This document shows, one piece after another, positions 50,358 to 59,887 of a stretch of DNA of 64,000 nucleotides. The stretch is from Pirellulales bacterium. GTDB taxonomy: Bacteria > Planctomycetota > Planctomycetia > Pirellulales > PALSA-1355. The notes under the pieces are model-generated. The model was not told where the DNA came from. It searched no databases and worked only from the letters and a program-made list of their open reading frames with translations. The translations under genes and the position numbers were made by a program. The stretch is taken from contig CAVTBU010000006.1 in NCBI GenBank assembly GCA_963733035.1, positions 864,001-928,000 of the forward strand, in the 5' to 3' direction. The number at the start of each line of letters is the position of its first letter. Within the stretch, counting starts at the first letter, position 1.

Positions 50358-51644
50358 ATGCCTGCCCAGTTCGTTTCGCGTCGACAGTTTGTACGTTCGG
50401 CCGCCGCGGCAAGTGCCTTCGGCCCGACCATCTTAACTTCACTCGCGCATGGCAGGGCCGCTGCCAACGAGCGACTGACGCTCGGCATCATCGGTGTGGG
50501 AACCATGGGGCGCGGCCACGTCGGGCGCTTTCTGGGGTATGGCGACGTGCAGATCATCGCCGTGTCGGACGTTGTCGCCGAGCGCCGCGACCATAGTCAG
50601 CAACGCGTCGAGCGGCACTATGGCGAGCAGTCAGGCAAGGGCAGCTACCGCGGATGCAGTGCCCACAATGACTTTCGCGAATTGCTCGCGCTCGATGGCC
50701 TCGACGCCGTGTTGATCGCCACGCCCGACCATTGGCACGTCATTCCGGCGATCCTGGCAGCCCGGGCCAAAAAGGATATCTACTGTGAGAAGCCGCTGAC
50801 GCTCACGATCGGCGAAGGGCGGCGATTGGTCGATGAAGTGCGCGCGGCCAACGTTGTCTTTCAGACCGGCAGCCAACAACGGAGCGAATTTGGCGGCCGC
50901 TTCGAAACGGCAGTCAACCTGGTCCGCAACGGACGGATCGGCAAAGTCAAAACAGTGCGCGTTGGCGTGGGTGGTCCGCCAGTTCCGTGCGACCTGCCGG
51001 AAGAAGAGGTGCCCGAGGGAACGGATTGGAACATGTGGCTGGGGCAGGCCCCGTGGCGCGGCTACAACGAACTCTTGTGTCCCAAGGGGGTCCACAAGCA
51101 CTTTCCGGCATTCCGTAACTATCGCGAATATGCGGGCGGCGGACTGGCGGACATGGGAGCCCATCATTTCGACATCGCTCAATGGGCACTCGGCATGGAT
51201 GCGAGCGGCCCGGTAAAAGTCGAGCCACCCGACGGCGAGGAAACGACGGGTTTGAAGTTCACATACGCCGATGGTGTTGAAATGTTCCACGGCGGGCCAA
51301 GCGGTTGTACGTTCGAGGGGGAGTTGGGAACGCTCTACGTCGATCGCAGCAAACTCGAAAGCACGCCGGAGGCGATTGTCTCGACACCGCTGGAGGAAAA
51401 TGCGCCGCGGATCGAACATTCGACCGATCATGGCCGCAACTGGCTGGAGGCCATCAAGAGCCGCCAGAAGCCGATTTGCGACGTCGAGATTGGCCACCGT
51501 TCGGCGACCGTCTGTCACCTGGCGAATCTCGGCTACCAGTTGCGCCGTCCGCTCACTTGGGACCCCGTGGCGGAACGCTTTGCCGACGATGATGAGGCGA
51601 ACGGACTGCTGAATCGCGAACCGCGCGATCCTTGGAAGATTTAG
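50358..51644 (+). CDS. Gfo/Idh/MocA family oxidoreductase (Tat signal)
   Basis: SRRQFV, IGVGTMG, ATPDHWH, CEKP, GSQQRS, DMGAHHFD. Confidence 0.93.
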   Translation: MPAQFVSRRQFVRSAAAASAFGPTILTSLAHGRAAANERLTLGIIGVGTMGRGHVGRFLGYGDVQIIAVSDVVAERRDHSQQRVERHYGEQSGKGSYRGCSAHNDFRELLALDGLDAVLIATPDHWHVIPAILAARAKKDIYCEKPLTLTIGEGRRLVDEVRAANVVFQTGSQQRSEFGGRFETAVNLVRNGRIGKVKTVRVGVGGPPVPCDLPEEEVPEGTDWNMWLGQAPWRGYNELLCPKGVHKHFPAFRNYREYAGGGLADMGAHHFDIAQWALGMDASGPVKVEPPDGEETTGLKFTYADGVEMFHGGPSGCTFEGELGTLYVDRSKLESTPEAIVSTPLEENAPRIEHSTDHGRNWLEAIKSRQKPICDVEIGHRSATVCHLANLGYQLRRPLTWDPVAERFADDDEANGLLNREPRDPWKI

Positions 51645-51691
51645 AGTTTTCGCCGTACACGCCATCCGCAACCCACCGGGAGCTACCCACC

Positions 51692-52441
51692 ATGCGTTAC
51701 GTTCCGACCTTCCTGATTTTGGCATCACTGGCCACGTTTTGCCGTGCTGAGGATTTCAAACGCGAGAAGTTTGATGACGCTGGCTTCGTTTCGATCTTCA
51801 ACGGCAAAAACCTCGACGGTTGGCACGTGAGCCCACAAACTGGTCATAGTCGAGCGAGCGGCAATAAGTCGGGCGGTCGCTGGGTGGTCGAAGACGGCGC
51901 GATTATCGGCAGCCAGGACATTCCCAACAACGGCGGGATCGTGCTGACCGACAAGCAATATGGCAACTTCGAAGTCGTGTTGGAGATGAACAACGACTTC
52001 GTGCCCGACAGCGGGTTGTTCCTGCGGAGTACCGAAAAGGGACAGGCCTATCAGTACATGATCGACTATCACCCGTTCGGCAATCTGGCCGGCGTCTACG
52101 GCGAGGGACTTTCCGGCGGGATCAATCGTCTCAACTTCAAGTTCCTCAACAAGGTAACGGATATTCGCGAAGTGCCTGACAAGTTTCCGCTACCCGTGAA
52201 GCCGGCGGTTTGGCCCGACTTCTGGAAACATGGCCAGTGGAACGAACTGCGGGCTCGCATCGAAGGGAATCCGCCGAAGATTACCACCTGGATCAACGGC
52301 GTGCGGTTCATGGAATTCGAGGATACCGAAAAACGGCATCCCGACACCGGCGGCATTGCCCTGCAAGTGCACGGCGGCGGCGGCGACTTGACGGACAAGT
52401 TCGTTCGCTACCGCAACATTCGCGTCAAAGAGCTCAAGTAG
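51692..52441 (+). CDS. DUF1080 (3-keto-disaccharide hydrolase-like) protein
   Basis: Signal peptide; IFNGKNLDGW, DSGLFLR, WN, GIALQVH, YRNIRVKEL. Confidence 0.9.
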   Translation: MRYVPTFLILASLATFCRAEDFKREKFDDAGFVSIFNGKNLDGWHVSPQTGHSRASGNKSGGRWVVEDGAIIGSQDIPNNGGIVLTDKQYGNFEVVLEMNNDFVPDSGLFLRSTEKGQAYQYMIDYHPFGNLAGVYGEGLSGGINRLNFKFLNKVTDIREVPDKFPLPVKPAVWPDFWKHGQWNELRARIEGNPPKITTWINGVRFMEFEDTEKRHPDTGGIALQVHGGGGDLTDKFVRYRNIRVKELK

Positions 52442-52597
52442 CGGCGCGCCGACTTTCGCAACTGGCAGTCAACACGATCACCTTGTTGCGCAAGTGATAC
52501 GCTCTGTCGTCAAACCGAGAGCGCCGACAAAACGTCCTTCGCTTGCCGTCTTCGTTAAAGTGCTGGAAATCAAGTGGTTTTTTTGAATTTCGGCATT

Positions 52598-52613
52598 TGG
52601 CACACCCCGTGCG
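52598..52613 (+). promoter_or_regulatory. Possible sigma-54 promoter
   Basis: TGGCACACCCCGTGCG has GG-N10-GC spacing, with an AT-rich tract upstream. Confidence 0.5.
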
Positions 52614-52698
52614 TTGGTTCGTGTCAAAAGGGGGACTGACCCAGCGGGCTGCCGATGAGGGCGGCCCGGACACAACGAATGCGAAGGGAGTGGACGTC

Positions 52699-53004
52699 AT
52701 GCGACGCGCGATTGCAGTAGTGGCATGTTTGACGGTTTTGATATTTGCCGGCGCGAGTACGGCGCTGGCGAGAGGACCCCACCACGGCGGTTCAGGATTT
52801 GGCCCTGGCCACCATCACCACCAAGGCCAGCGATGGAACAATTATTACCGCCGTGGGGTGGGGCCCGTCTACTGGCCGCGTTATCCGATAACGACGTACC
52901 CGGTGTACCCGTATCAGACGTACCAGTATCCGTATGTGCCGACGTACCCGCAGCTGGGCTTCGGTTTGGGGGGCCGGAACTTCTCGTTGTGGTTCCAGCA
53001 ATAG
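52699..53004 (+). CDS. Small secreted His/Tyr/Pro-rich protein
   Basis: GGGAG RBS; signal peptide ending ALA; HHHH and YP repeats; C-terminal GFGLGGRNFSLWF. Confidence 0.75.
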   Translation: MRRAIAVVACLTVLIFAGASTALARGPHHGGSGFGPGHHHHQGQRWNNYYRRGVGPVYWPRYPITTYPVYPYQTYQYPYVPTYPQLGFGLGGRNFSLWFQQ

Positions 53005-53041
53005 GCTGGCCAGGACGAGCAACTTTGGAAGAGGCAAAAAC

Positions 53042-53074
53042 AAACGCCGGATCGCCTGTCACGATCCGGCGTTT
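53042..53074. terminator. Bidirectional terminator between convergent genes
   Basis: AAACGCCGGATCG - 7 nt - CGATCCGGCGTTT with A/T tails. Confidence 0.8.
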
Positions 53075-53102
53075 TGGTTGTTTGCGCGGCTGATCGTCGG
53101 TC

Positions 53103-54074
53103 TCACTTCGCCGCCTGTTTGGCGGGCTCACTATCGTCTGCGGCCTGAGCGGGCTCGCCTTTCAGATGTTCGTCGAACCAATCGGCGATGGTACCGAAGT
53201 CTTGCACCAGCATCGATGGCCAAACGCCGTGGCCGGCACCTTTTTTGACGATCAGTTCTACGGGCACTCCAGCCTCCTTGAACTTCTCGACAATGATCTC
53301 CGACTGTTGCAGCGGCACGAGCTCATCGGAGTCGCCATGCAGGATGAGGGTTGGCGCGTCTCCGGAGTTGACGTGATAGATGGGCGACATTTCCTTGCAG
53401 ATCGCTTCGCGCGTGGCCAGGTCGACCGGCATGAAGAGCTTAGTCTTTGGGTCCTGTACGCGGAAATCGAACGGTGGCTTGAATTGGTGATTGGGTTCGA
53501 TACCCAGCGACTTCACGCCCGGCTCGCCGTAATTCAGGAAGTCGGTCGGCGGAAAGAAGCACGCGACCGCCTGTACGCAGCTACTGGCCCGGTCAACCGG
53601 GTCCTTGGCGTTGGGGTCACCTTCGCAACCGGCGCAGCCCAGCATGAGCGAGAGGTGGCCGCCGGCCGACGCGCCCGTGATGCCGATGCGATCGGCATCG
53701 ACGTTGAAATCTTTGGCGTGGGTGCGGATGTAGCGTACGGCACGGTTGATGTCCGCGACGCATTCGGGAATGGTGAACTTGGGCTGACTGCCGTGCACGA
53801 CGGCAAACACCGTGTAGCCCCGGTTGAGCAGCGTCATGGCAAAGACTGGCTGAATCTGATCGTGATTTGACACCCAGCCACCGCTGATGCAGACGACGAC
53901 CGCGGCGCCGTTCTGTTTCTTCGGCGTAAAGACATCCATCGTCAATGCGGTGCCGTACTTGCGACCGTAAATGACGTCTTGCTGCCGAGTATAGGCCTCG
54001 GCAGCCAAGGTGGCGCTGGCAATTAAAAGCCAAGCGGTCAGCACCCAGGCAGTCGAACGAAACCAACGCTTCAT
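53103..54074 (-). CDS. Secreted alpha/beta hydrolase (BD-FAE-like esterase)
   Basis: SGGW oxyanion loop, GASAGGHL, HGDSD, GH; paralog of 42177-43053. Confidence 0.92.
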   Translation of the reverse strand: MKRWFRSTAWVLTAWLLIASATLAAEAYTRQQDVIYGRKYGTALTMDVFTPKKQNGAAVVVCISGGWVSNHDQIQPVFAMTLLNRGYTVFAVVHGSQPKFTIPECVADINRAVRYIRTHAKDFNVDADRIGITGASAGGHLSLMLGCAGCEGDPNAKDPVDRASSCVQAVACFFPPTDFLNYGEPGVKSLGIEPNHQFKPPFDFRVQDPKTKLFMPVDLATREAICKEMSPIYHVNSGDAPTLILHGDSDELVPLQQSEIIVEKFKEAGVPVELIVKKGAGHGVWPSMLVQDFGTIADWFDEHLKGEPAQAADDSEPAKQAAK

Positions 54075-54232
54075 GGCGTGACTTCCTTTGGAGGGAAAGC
54101 GGAGAAGGAGAGCGAGCCCCGGGGCCGCGGAACGCCAGGAAGCGCCCCGCCAGCTGTGTCATTTAGTTTACCCCGGCGCGGCGCGCCAAAAAAGCATGGG
54201 CGACAGCGCCAGGGCGATTGGACCAGCGCCGG

Positions 54233-55011
54233 TCAAGCCCCGAGAAAGTCGCTTCGCATGTCCGCCAGGGCCGGAAACTTCTGACGATATGTCAGGAGCG
54301 AGTCTCGCTCCACAGTGCCGGAGATGACCTCCGCTTCGGATCCGGCGAGCGCCAATGGCTCCCCTTTGGGGTCAAGGATCACGCTGTGCCCTGCGTACTC
54401 GACGTGAGGGTCGGACCCCACGCGGTTGACACCCACGAGATAGCACTGGTTCTCGATGGCACGGGCGGGGAGTAGGGCTCGCCAATGCGAATCGCGGGCT
54501 TGCGGCCAATTGGCGACCACCACCAGCAATTCGGCTCCCTGGCGCGTTGCATGGCGAAAGACTTCGGGGAACCGCAGATCGTAGCACACGAACGGGGCCA
54601 CCAGAAAACCTTGCCAGGCGAACGTCACGACTTCGCTGCCGCCAGCATAGTGTTTCGTCTCACGAGCGAATGAAAAGGGATGGATCTTCGCATATCGCGC
54701 TAGCACGTTTCCTTCCGCATCGAAAGCGACGGCCTCGTTCAAGCCCCGCCCGTCGGGCGCTCGGGTGACAACACCTCCGACGACGGTCGCACGGTGCCGC
54801 CGAGCTGTTTCGGCCAGAAATTGGTGCGTCGGGCCGTCGTGGGCTTCGGCGATTCCGGCGACATTCATGCTGAAGCCGGTAGCGAACATTTCCGGCAGCA
54901 CAATCAGCGCACGGGTTCGACCGCCGCGCCCGCGAGCAACGTTCGCACGCGCTCGAAATTGGCGGGCTTGTCCTCCCAAACGATGTCGGGCTGAACGGCA
55001 ACGACTTGCAT
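54233..55011 (-). CDS. Carbon-nitrogen hydrolase (omega-amidase-like); apparent frameshift near 54914
   Basis: MQVVAVQPDIVWEDKPANF in one frame; LIVLPEMF, YAKIHPF, VCYDLRFPE, RAIENQ in another. One extra base at the run 54913-54915 joins them. Confidence 0.9.
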
Positions 55012-55015
55012 GGAG

Positions 55016-56182
55016 TTATCCTTTTACGATTGTTTGCAGACCGCGAGCCAGTCGCCCGACGCCGGTGGCGATGGTGTCGCGCTCGAGCGCGCCATAGGCC
55101 ACGCGCAAATAGCAGCCGTTGTCGATGCCAAACGTCGTGCCGGGAATGACGGCCACGCCGAACTCGCGCACGAGCCGTTCCACAACATCCATCGCGTCTA
55201 GTGGGATGTTGACTCGCAACAAGAAATAAAAAGCCCCGAGGGCTGGCGGAATCGTGCAGAACGAACGTACCGCATCGAGTTCCTCCAAAACCAAATGCCT
55301 GACTTCAGCGACCCGCGCCAGGTTCGCGCGGCGATATTCGGGCGGTGCGGCGAGAGCTCCCAGCGCCGCATATTGCGAGACGACGGGTGGACAGATCAGA
55401 ATCGTGTCTTGTGCCTTGCGCACCGCCACGGCCAGTGATTCGGGAATCACCATGTAGCCGATCCGCCAGCTGGCAAAACCGTAAGCTTTTGAGAACGAAT
55501 AGAGCGAGATGGTGTGTTGTACCGCATCGGTAAGTGAAGCCGGTGAGAAGTGCTGGGCGCCTTCGTAAATGAAGTACTCGTAGGCCTCATCGCTGATGTG
55601 ATAGATACCAAGCTTGCGGCACAATTCGTTGACTGCTTCGAGCGTCTGCCGAGGATAGACGGCTCCTGACGGATTGTTCGGTGAAATCGTGACGATGGCC
55701 CGCGTTCGCGGCGTAATTGCCGATTGCAGGGCATCGAAATCGATCTGAAATTCCGCATCGAGCGGCACCACGACGGCCCGGCAATTGAGCATCGCCACGG
55801 CCATTTCGTGATTGAAGTAGTAGGGCGAGAACAGGATGATCTCGTCTCCCGGATCGGCGATTGCCAGCAGAGCGTTGAAAAACGCCATATTGCCGCCGGC
55901 GGTTACCACGACGCGATTGCCCTGGCCGATTGGAATGCCGTTCTCGGTGGTCAGCTTCTGGCCGAGTGCTTGCACCAGCGGCGCGATGCCCTCGACGCCG
56001 TGGTACTTATGGTTCTGGGGATCGGCCAGCATCGTCTCAATCGCGTCGATCGCCTGCCGTGGAGGCCCGTAGTGGACCACTCCTTGTCCGAGCGAGATCG
56101 TGCCCGGATGCCGTCGGATCAATTCGGCCACGACCGGAATGATCGGCGTCTGGACGGCCTGCATGCGGTTCGAAAGGTACAT
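55016..56182 (-). CDS. PLP-dependent aminotransferase class I/II
   Basis: ISLGQG, SPNNPSG, SDEAY, SFSKAYGFASWRIGY. Confidence 0.93.
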   Translation of the reverse strand: MYLSNRMQAVQTPIIPVVAELIRRHPGTISLGQGVVHYGPPRQAIDAIETMLADPQNHKYHGVEGIAPLVQALGQKLTTENGIPIGQGNRVVVTAGGNMAFFNALLAIADPGDEIILFSPYYFNHEMAVAMLNCRAVVVPLDAEFQIDFDALQSAITPRTRAIVTISPNNPSGAVYPRQTLEAVNELCRKLGIYHISDEAYEYFIYEGAQHFSPASLTDAVQHTISLYSFSKAYGFASWRIGYMVIPESLAVAVRKAQDTILICPPVVSQYAALGALAAPPEYRRANLARVAEVRHLVLEELDAVRSFCTIPPALGAFYFLLRVNIPLDAMDVVERLVREFGVAVIPGTTFGIDNGCYLRVAYGALERDTIATGVGRLARGLQTIVKG

Positions 56183-56359
56183 CGGGGCAGGGGTTCCGCT
56201 AGAAGGGATCGAGGGGAAGGTCGGCTTGCGTGCAGCCCCGATGATAGCGTCTGGAGCCGGGTCGTTAAATCGGCGTTCACAATTGACGATTCGCCTTTCG
56301 CAAGGTGCGAGGATTCGGTAAATACAGCCAGCTTTCACCCCCTGCCGGGAGGCACCTCC

Positions 56360-57622
56360 ATGCCCTGCTGTTTGTCGCGAGTCTCTCCAAACGTCGTCTT
56401 GTTGGCTTGCGTCGTCTCGGTATTCGCGAGCACGGTGTGTCGTGCTCAGACACCTCGCCAATGGGCGTCTGCTCGCGACTGGCTGGTCGAGACGGAATTG
56501 GCGGCCGCGGGCATCAAGGAGCCCACCGTGCTGGCCGCGATGCGTGAGGTTCCTCGGCACGAGTTTGTTCCCGCCGACTTGAGGCCTTACGCCTACTTGG
56601 ACACGACTTTGCCGATTGGCGAGGGTCAGACGATTTCTCCCCCGTTCATCGTGGCTTGGATGACCGAGCAACTCGAGCCGCAGCCGACCGACCGCGTGCT
56701 CGAAATTGGCACCGGCAGCGGCTATCAGGCCGCGGTGTTGAGCCGACTGGTGAAGGACGTCTATACGATCGAGATTCACGAGCCGCTCGCCAAGAGGGCC
56801 GAGCAAGCCTTGAGACGCGTCGGCTATGGGAACGTTCACACTCGATGCGGCGACGGTTTTCGCGGCTGGCCTGAAGCGGCGCCGTTCGACAAGATCATCG
56901 TTACTTGTTCACCCGAAAAAGTGCCCGCCCCGCTGGCCGAGCAATTGCGAGAGGGGGGGCGGATGCTAATCCCTGTCGGTGAAAGCTTTCAGCAGAATCT
57001 CTGCGTGCTGATCAAGCAACATGGCAAGTTGACATTGGCCGCCAAGAAACCCACGTACTTCGTACCGATGACCGGCAAGGCCGAGTCCTTCCGTAGCGAC
57101 GGCGAACTCGGACCCTTGACGCCGCTCGCCAACGGCGACTTTGACCAGGTGGTTGAGCCCGGGGTTCCGGCGGCCTGGTACTACGTCCGACAAGCAACGC
57201 TTGAGCCGGGCGGAGCCAGCGGCGGCCAAGGTCAATTCATTCGCTTCGACAACCGAGTGCCGGGCCGCCGGTCGCATGTGCTGCAATCGATCGGTGTCGA
57301 TGGCCGAAGCGTGTCGCAATTGACGGTCCGCACGTGGGTCAAAGCACGTGACATTGAGCCGACAAACAAGTCCGACCCGCGCGACGGCGGAAAGCTGTAT
57401 GTGTCGTTTTTTGACGCCGACCGGCAGACCGTGGGAGAGCAGATCGTCGGCCTGTGGCGGGGGAGTTTCGATTGGCGTCGCCAAAGCGGCGTGGTCAAAG
57501 TGCCTCCGACGGCGATGGGCGCCACGATCGCGGTGGGGCTGTTTGGCGCCACCGGTGAATTGTGCTGCGACGACATCGAAGTTCGCTCGGACCAGGTCCA
57601 GACGGCCGCGCGCCCTCGCTAG
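56360..57622 (+). CDS. pcm: Protein-L-isoaspartate O-methyltransferase with N-terminal signal-like segment and C-terminal CBM-like domain
   Basis: VPRHEFVP, PIGEGQTIS.P, VLEIGTGSGYQAA, GDG..GWPEAAPFD, FVPMTG; extra ~190-aa domain starting NGDF; GGAGG RBS. Confidence 0.9.
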   Translation: MPCCLSRVSPNVVLLACVVSVFASTVCRAQTPRQWASARDWLVETELAAAGIKEPTVLAAMREVPRHEFVPADLRPYAYLDTTLPIGEGQTISPPFIVAWMTEQLEPQPTDRVLEIGTGSGYQAAVLSRLVKDVYTIEIHEPLAKRAEQALRRVGYGNVHTRCGDGFRGWPEAAPFDKIIVTCSPEKVPAPLAEQLREGGRMLIPVGESFQQNLCVLIKQHGKLTLAAKKPTYFVPMTGKAESFRSDGELGPLTPLANGDFDQVVEPGVPAAWYYVRQATLEPGGASGGQGQFIRFDNRVPGRRSHVLQSIGVDGRSVSQLTVRTWVKARDIEPTNKSDPRDGGKLYVSFFDADRQTVGEQIVGLWRGSFDWRRQSGVVKVPPTAMGATIAVGLFGATGELCCDDIEVRSDQVQTAARPR

Positions 57623-57775
57623 CAGACCGTCGACGAATTCGACGGGCTGCGTCATCGCATGGATGCGATGCCAAAATAGCGACGTAGGTCGTTATTTTGC
57701 GGGCCGGGCGGAGCTTTGCTTCGCACTTGGCGAGGTTGAAAAATGCCACGACGGCATTTTTCAACTGGCTGCTAG
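57619..57775 (+). mobile_element. MITE-like structured repeat, copy 2
   Basis: CTAG at both ends, imperfect TIRs, internal hairpins; colinear with the reverse complement of 21714-21868. Confidence 0.82.
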
Positions 57776-58635
57776 CGCAAGGGCGAATGATCGGACGACC
57801 AGCTCTTAACCGCGAGCGTGGGGTGCCCTTCGCGGATCTTGACCGAGAAGTCGGGGCTGTCGCGATAGACATAGGCGACGTCGTTAATTCTGGCACCCTG
57901 CCTGGTGCGCTGGAAGTTCTCGTCGACCTTGATCAGTTTCAGTTGGTATGCGAGTTGATCTGAATACGCCGGGAACAACACCTGGTAGGTGTACGGTACT
58001 TTGCTCGGGGCAATCTCGTTGATGTGCCGCACGATATTGGTCGTGCAATTGTTCGTGATCAGGTTGTAGTCTTCGGGCTCGCGGCTGAGTTTGTTGGCCC
58101 GCCGCATCATGCTGGTGAAGAGTTGCTGCATTTGAGCCCGCGAGGCCTGGGCTCGATACATGTAGACGTCGGACTTCCAGTAGATGGAGCGGAGCTCGAT
58201 CAGATCGCGTTCGTCGCCAACGACGTACATCAGTTCGGTAGGCTTCATCAGACTTTTGGCGAGGGCAAAATCTTCACCGGCCCTGCGGCGTACTTCGACG
58301 CTGACCGCCACGTAGTCTCGGCCATCAAAGCCGAAGCTGAGGAACGTGTGAGCTCCGCCCGGCACATCGTCGAACGGCACGACAATGAAGTCGACCGAGT
58401 CGAGCTTCTCCAGGTCGAAGGTTTTGTCATAGTGGCGCACCGTGTAATCGTCGGCTGAACGGTACTTGGTATTGCGAATGTTGTGGATGGTGACTTGATT
58501 GCCGGAGAAGTCGGCAGTCGGCAGCACGGCCTGGTTGGGAGACCACTGGCTTTGCGCGCCTTTGCAGCCCAGCGCGCAAATCGACAGCATTGCGCAGACG
58601 AAGACGGCTCGCGTTTGGAAACGCTGTAGTTGCAT
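57772..58635 (-). CDS. DUF4105 / Lnb N-terminal-like domain lipoprotein
   Basis: Lipobox ALGC; IHNIRN, AHTFLSFGF, SVEVRR, YNLITNNCTT (His/Cys dyad). Confidence 0.85.
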   Translation of the reverse strand: MQLQRFQTRAVFVCAMLSICALGCKGAQSQWSPNQAVLPTADFSGNQVTIHNIRNTKYRSADDYTVRHYDKTFDLEKLDSVDFIVVPFDDVPGGAHTFLSFGFDGRDYVAVSVEVRRRAGEDFALAKSLMKPTELMYVVGDERDLIELRSIYWKSDVYMYRAQASRAQMQQLFTSMMRRANKLSREPEDYNLITNNCTTNIVRHINEIAPSKVPYTYQVLFPAYSDQLAYQLKLIKVDENFQRTRQGARINDVAYVYRDSPDFSVKIREGHPTLAVKSWSSDHSPLR

Positions 58636-58829
58636 GGGTTCGCGCCCCATCCAGGGGCGTGCTTCCGCGCCGAGTTGGCCGAACGACGTGCCGGGCGCGT
58701 ACGCGCCCAGCACGTGATTACTGGATTTCCCCGGAGCGGGCAAGGCGAATGGTGAAAACTCAAACAACTGGGCAAGATGCCCACGCCCCGCGCGTTTGCC
58801 GGGCGCGTTCCGACGGTGCTAGCAATTTT

Positions 58830-59828
58830 TTACGTCGGACGACCTTCGATGACGCTCACATCGGCCGGGGTTGAAACGATGCGTTCCAGGCGGAACCCGG
58901 AGTTGGCAAACAGTTCGCGATACTCTGACTCGGTGCGTTCTTTTCCGCCGGGCCCGACCATCATCATCAAGTCGAGCAATTTGGTGAAACTCGGTTCATT
59001 GCCGGGTGGAATGACGTTCTCGATGACCAGCAGTCGACCCTCCATGCCGATCACCTTACGAATGTTCCCGAGGATGGTGAGTGCCGGCTGGTCGGCCCAG
59101 TCATGGATGATGTGTCGCATTACGTAGGCGTCGGCGCCGGGCGGCACGGCCTCGAAAAAGTTCACGGGAATCGCCTGGATCCGACCGGCCAGACCGTCGG
59201 CCGCGATGAGCGGAGCGGCTCGTTCGATGACGCCGGGCAGATCGCAAAGCATGCCACGTACCTTGGGGTACTTCTGCAAAATGCCGCGGAGCAGGCTGCC
59301 GTTACCTCCGCCGATGTCGGCCACCGTGCCCAGAGGAGAAAAGTCGTAGGCGTCGACCATGGCCGCCGTTTCGCGGCCGTGCACGCTAACCATCGCGGTA
59401 TCAAACACGGCGGCCTGCGCGGGATGCTTCGACAGGTAGTCGAACACGGGCTCGCCGAACAGATGGTCAAAGGCGATCTTGCCGGTTTGCACGCTGTAGA
59501 GCAATTCGCCCCAGGACTTGTATTGCTCTTCGCCCGACATGATTGCAAATGCGCGTTGTGAATTGGGCACGTCGCTTCGCAGTCCTTCGGCCAAAGGCGT
59601 CATGGCAAAACGCCCGTCGGCCTGTTGTTGGTAGATTCCCAAACTTGCCAATGCCCGCAACACGCGGTAGAGCGGTCCGGCTTGGACGTTCAGTTGGGCG
59701 GCTAGTTGTTCGGGAGTTTGCGGCTCCGTGTGGAGCAGGTCGGACAAGCCAAGCTTGGCGGCGACGTAGACTGCCTGCGTAGTCCAGTAGCCGGTAATCA
59801 TGCTTCCTAATTGCGGTGCGGTACTCAT
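58830..59828 (-). CDS. SAM-dependent O-methyltransferase (Methyltransf_2 with dimerisation domain)
   Basis: VAAKLGL..L, DIGGGNG, DLP.V, FF..VP, RHIIHDW, GKERT. Confidence 0.92.
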   Translation of the reverse strand: MSTAPQLGSMITGYWTTQAVYVAAKLGLSDLLHTEPQTPEQLAAQLNVQAGPLYRVLRALASLGIYQQQADGRFAMTPLAEGLRSDVPNSQRAFAIMSGEEQYKSWGELLYSVQTGKIAFDHLFGEPVFDYLSKHPAQAAVFDTAMVSVHGRETAAMVDAYDFSPLGTVADIGGGNGSLLRGILQKYPKVRGMLCDLPGVIERAAPLIAADGLAGRIQAIPVNFFEAVPPGADAYVMRHIIHDWADQPALTILGNIRKVIGMEGRLLVIENVIPPGNEPSFTKLLDLMMMVGPGGKERTESEYRELFANSGFRLERIVSTPADVSVIEGRPT

Positions 59829-59887
59829 GGCAAGTAGCTCCAGATTTTCGATCCGTGAACGAGAAGTGAATCTGCCGGGACGCGTGG

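Noticed and set aside
14930..54920. Programmed ribosomal frameshifting at the five broken genes
   Set aside because: No slippery heptamers or stimulatory structures seen, and these families are not known to be recoded; indel errors are more parsimonious.
55724..56839. Apparent long overlap of pcm (632 aa) and aminotransferase (607 aa) ORFs
   Set aside because: Both extensions are antisense translations of the other gene; likely starts are 56360 (+) and 56182 (-).
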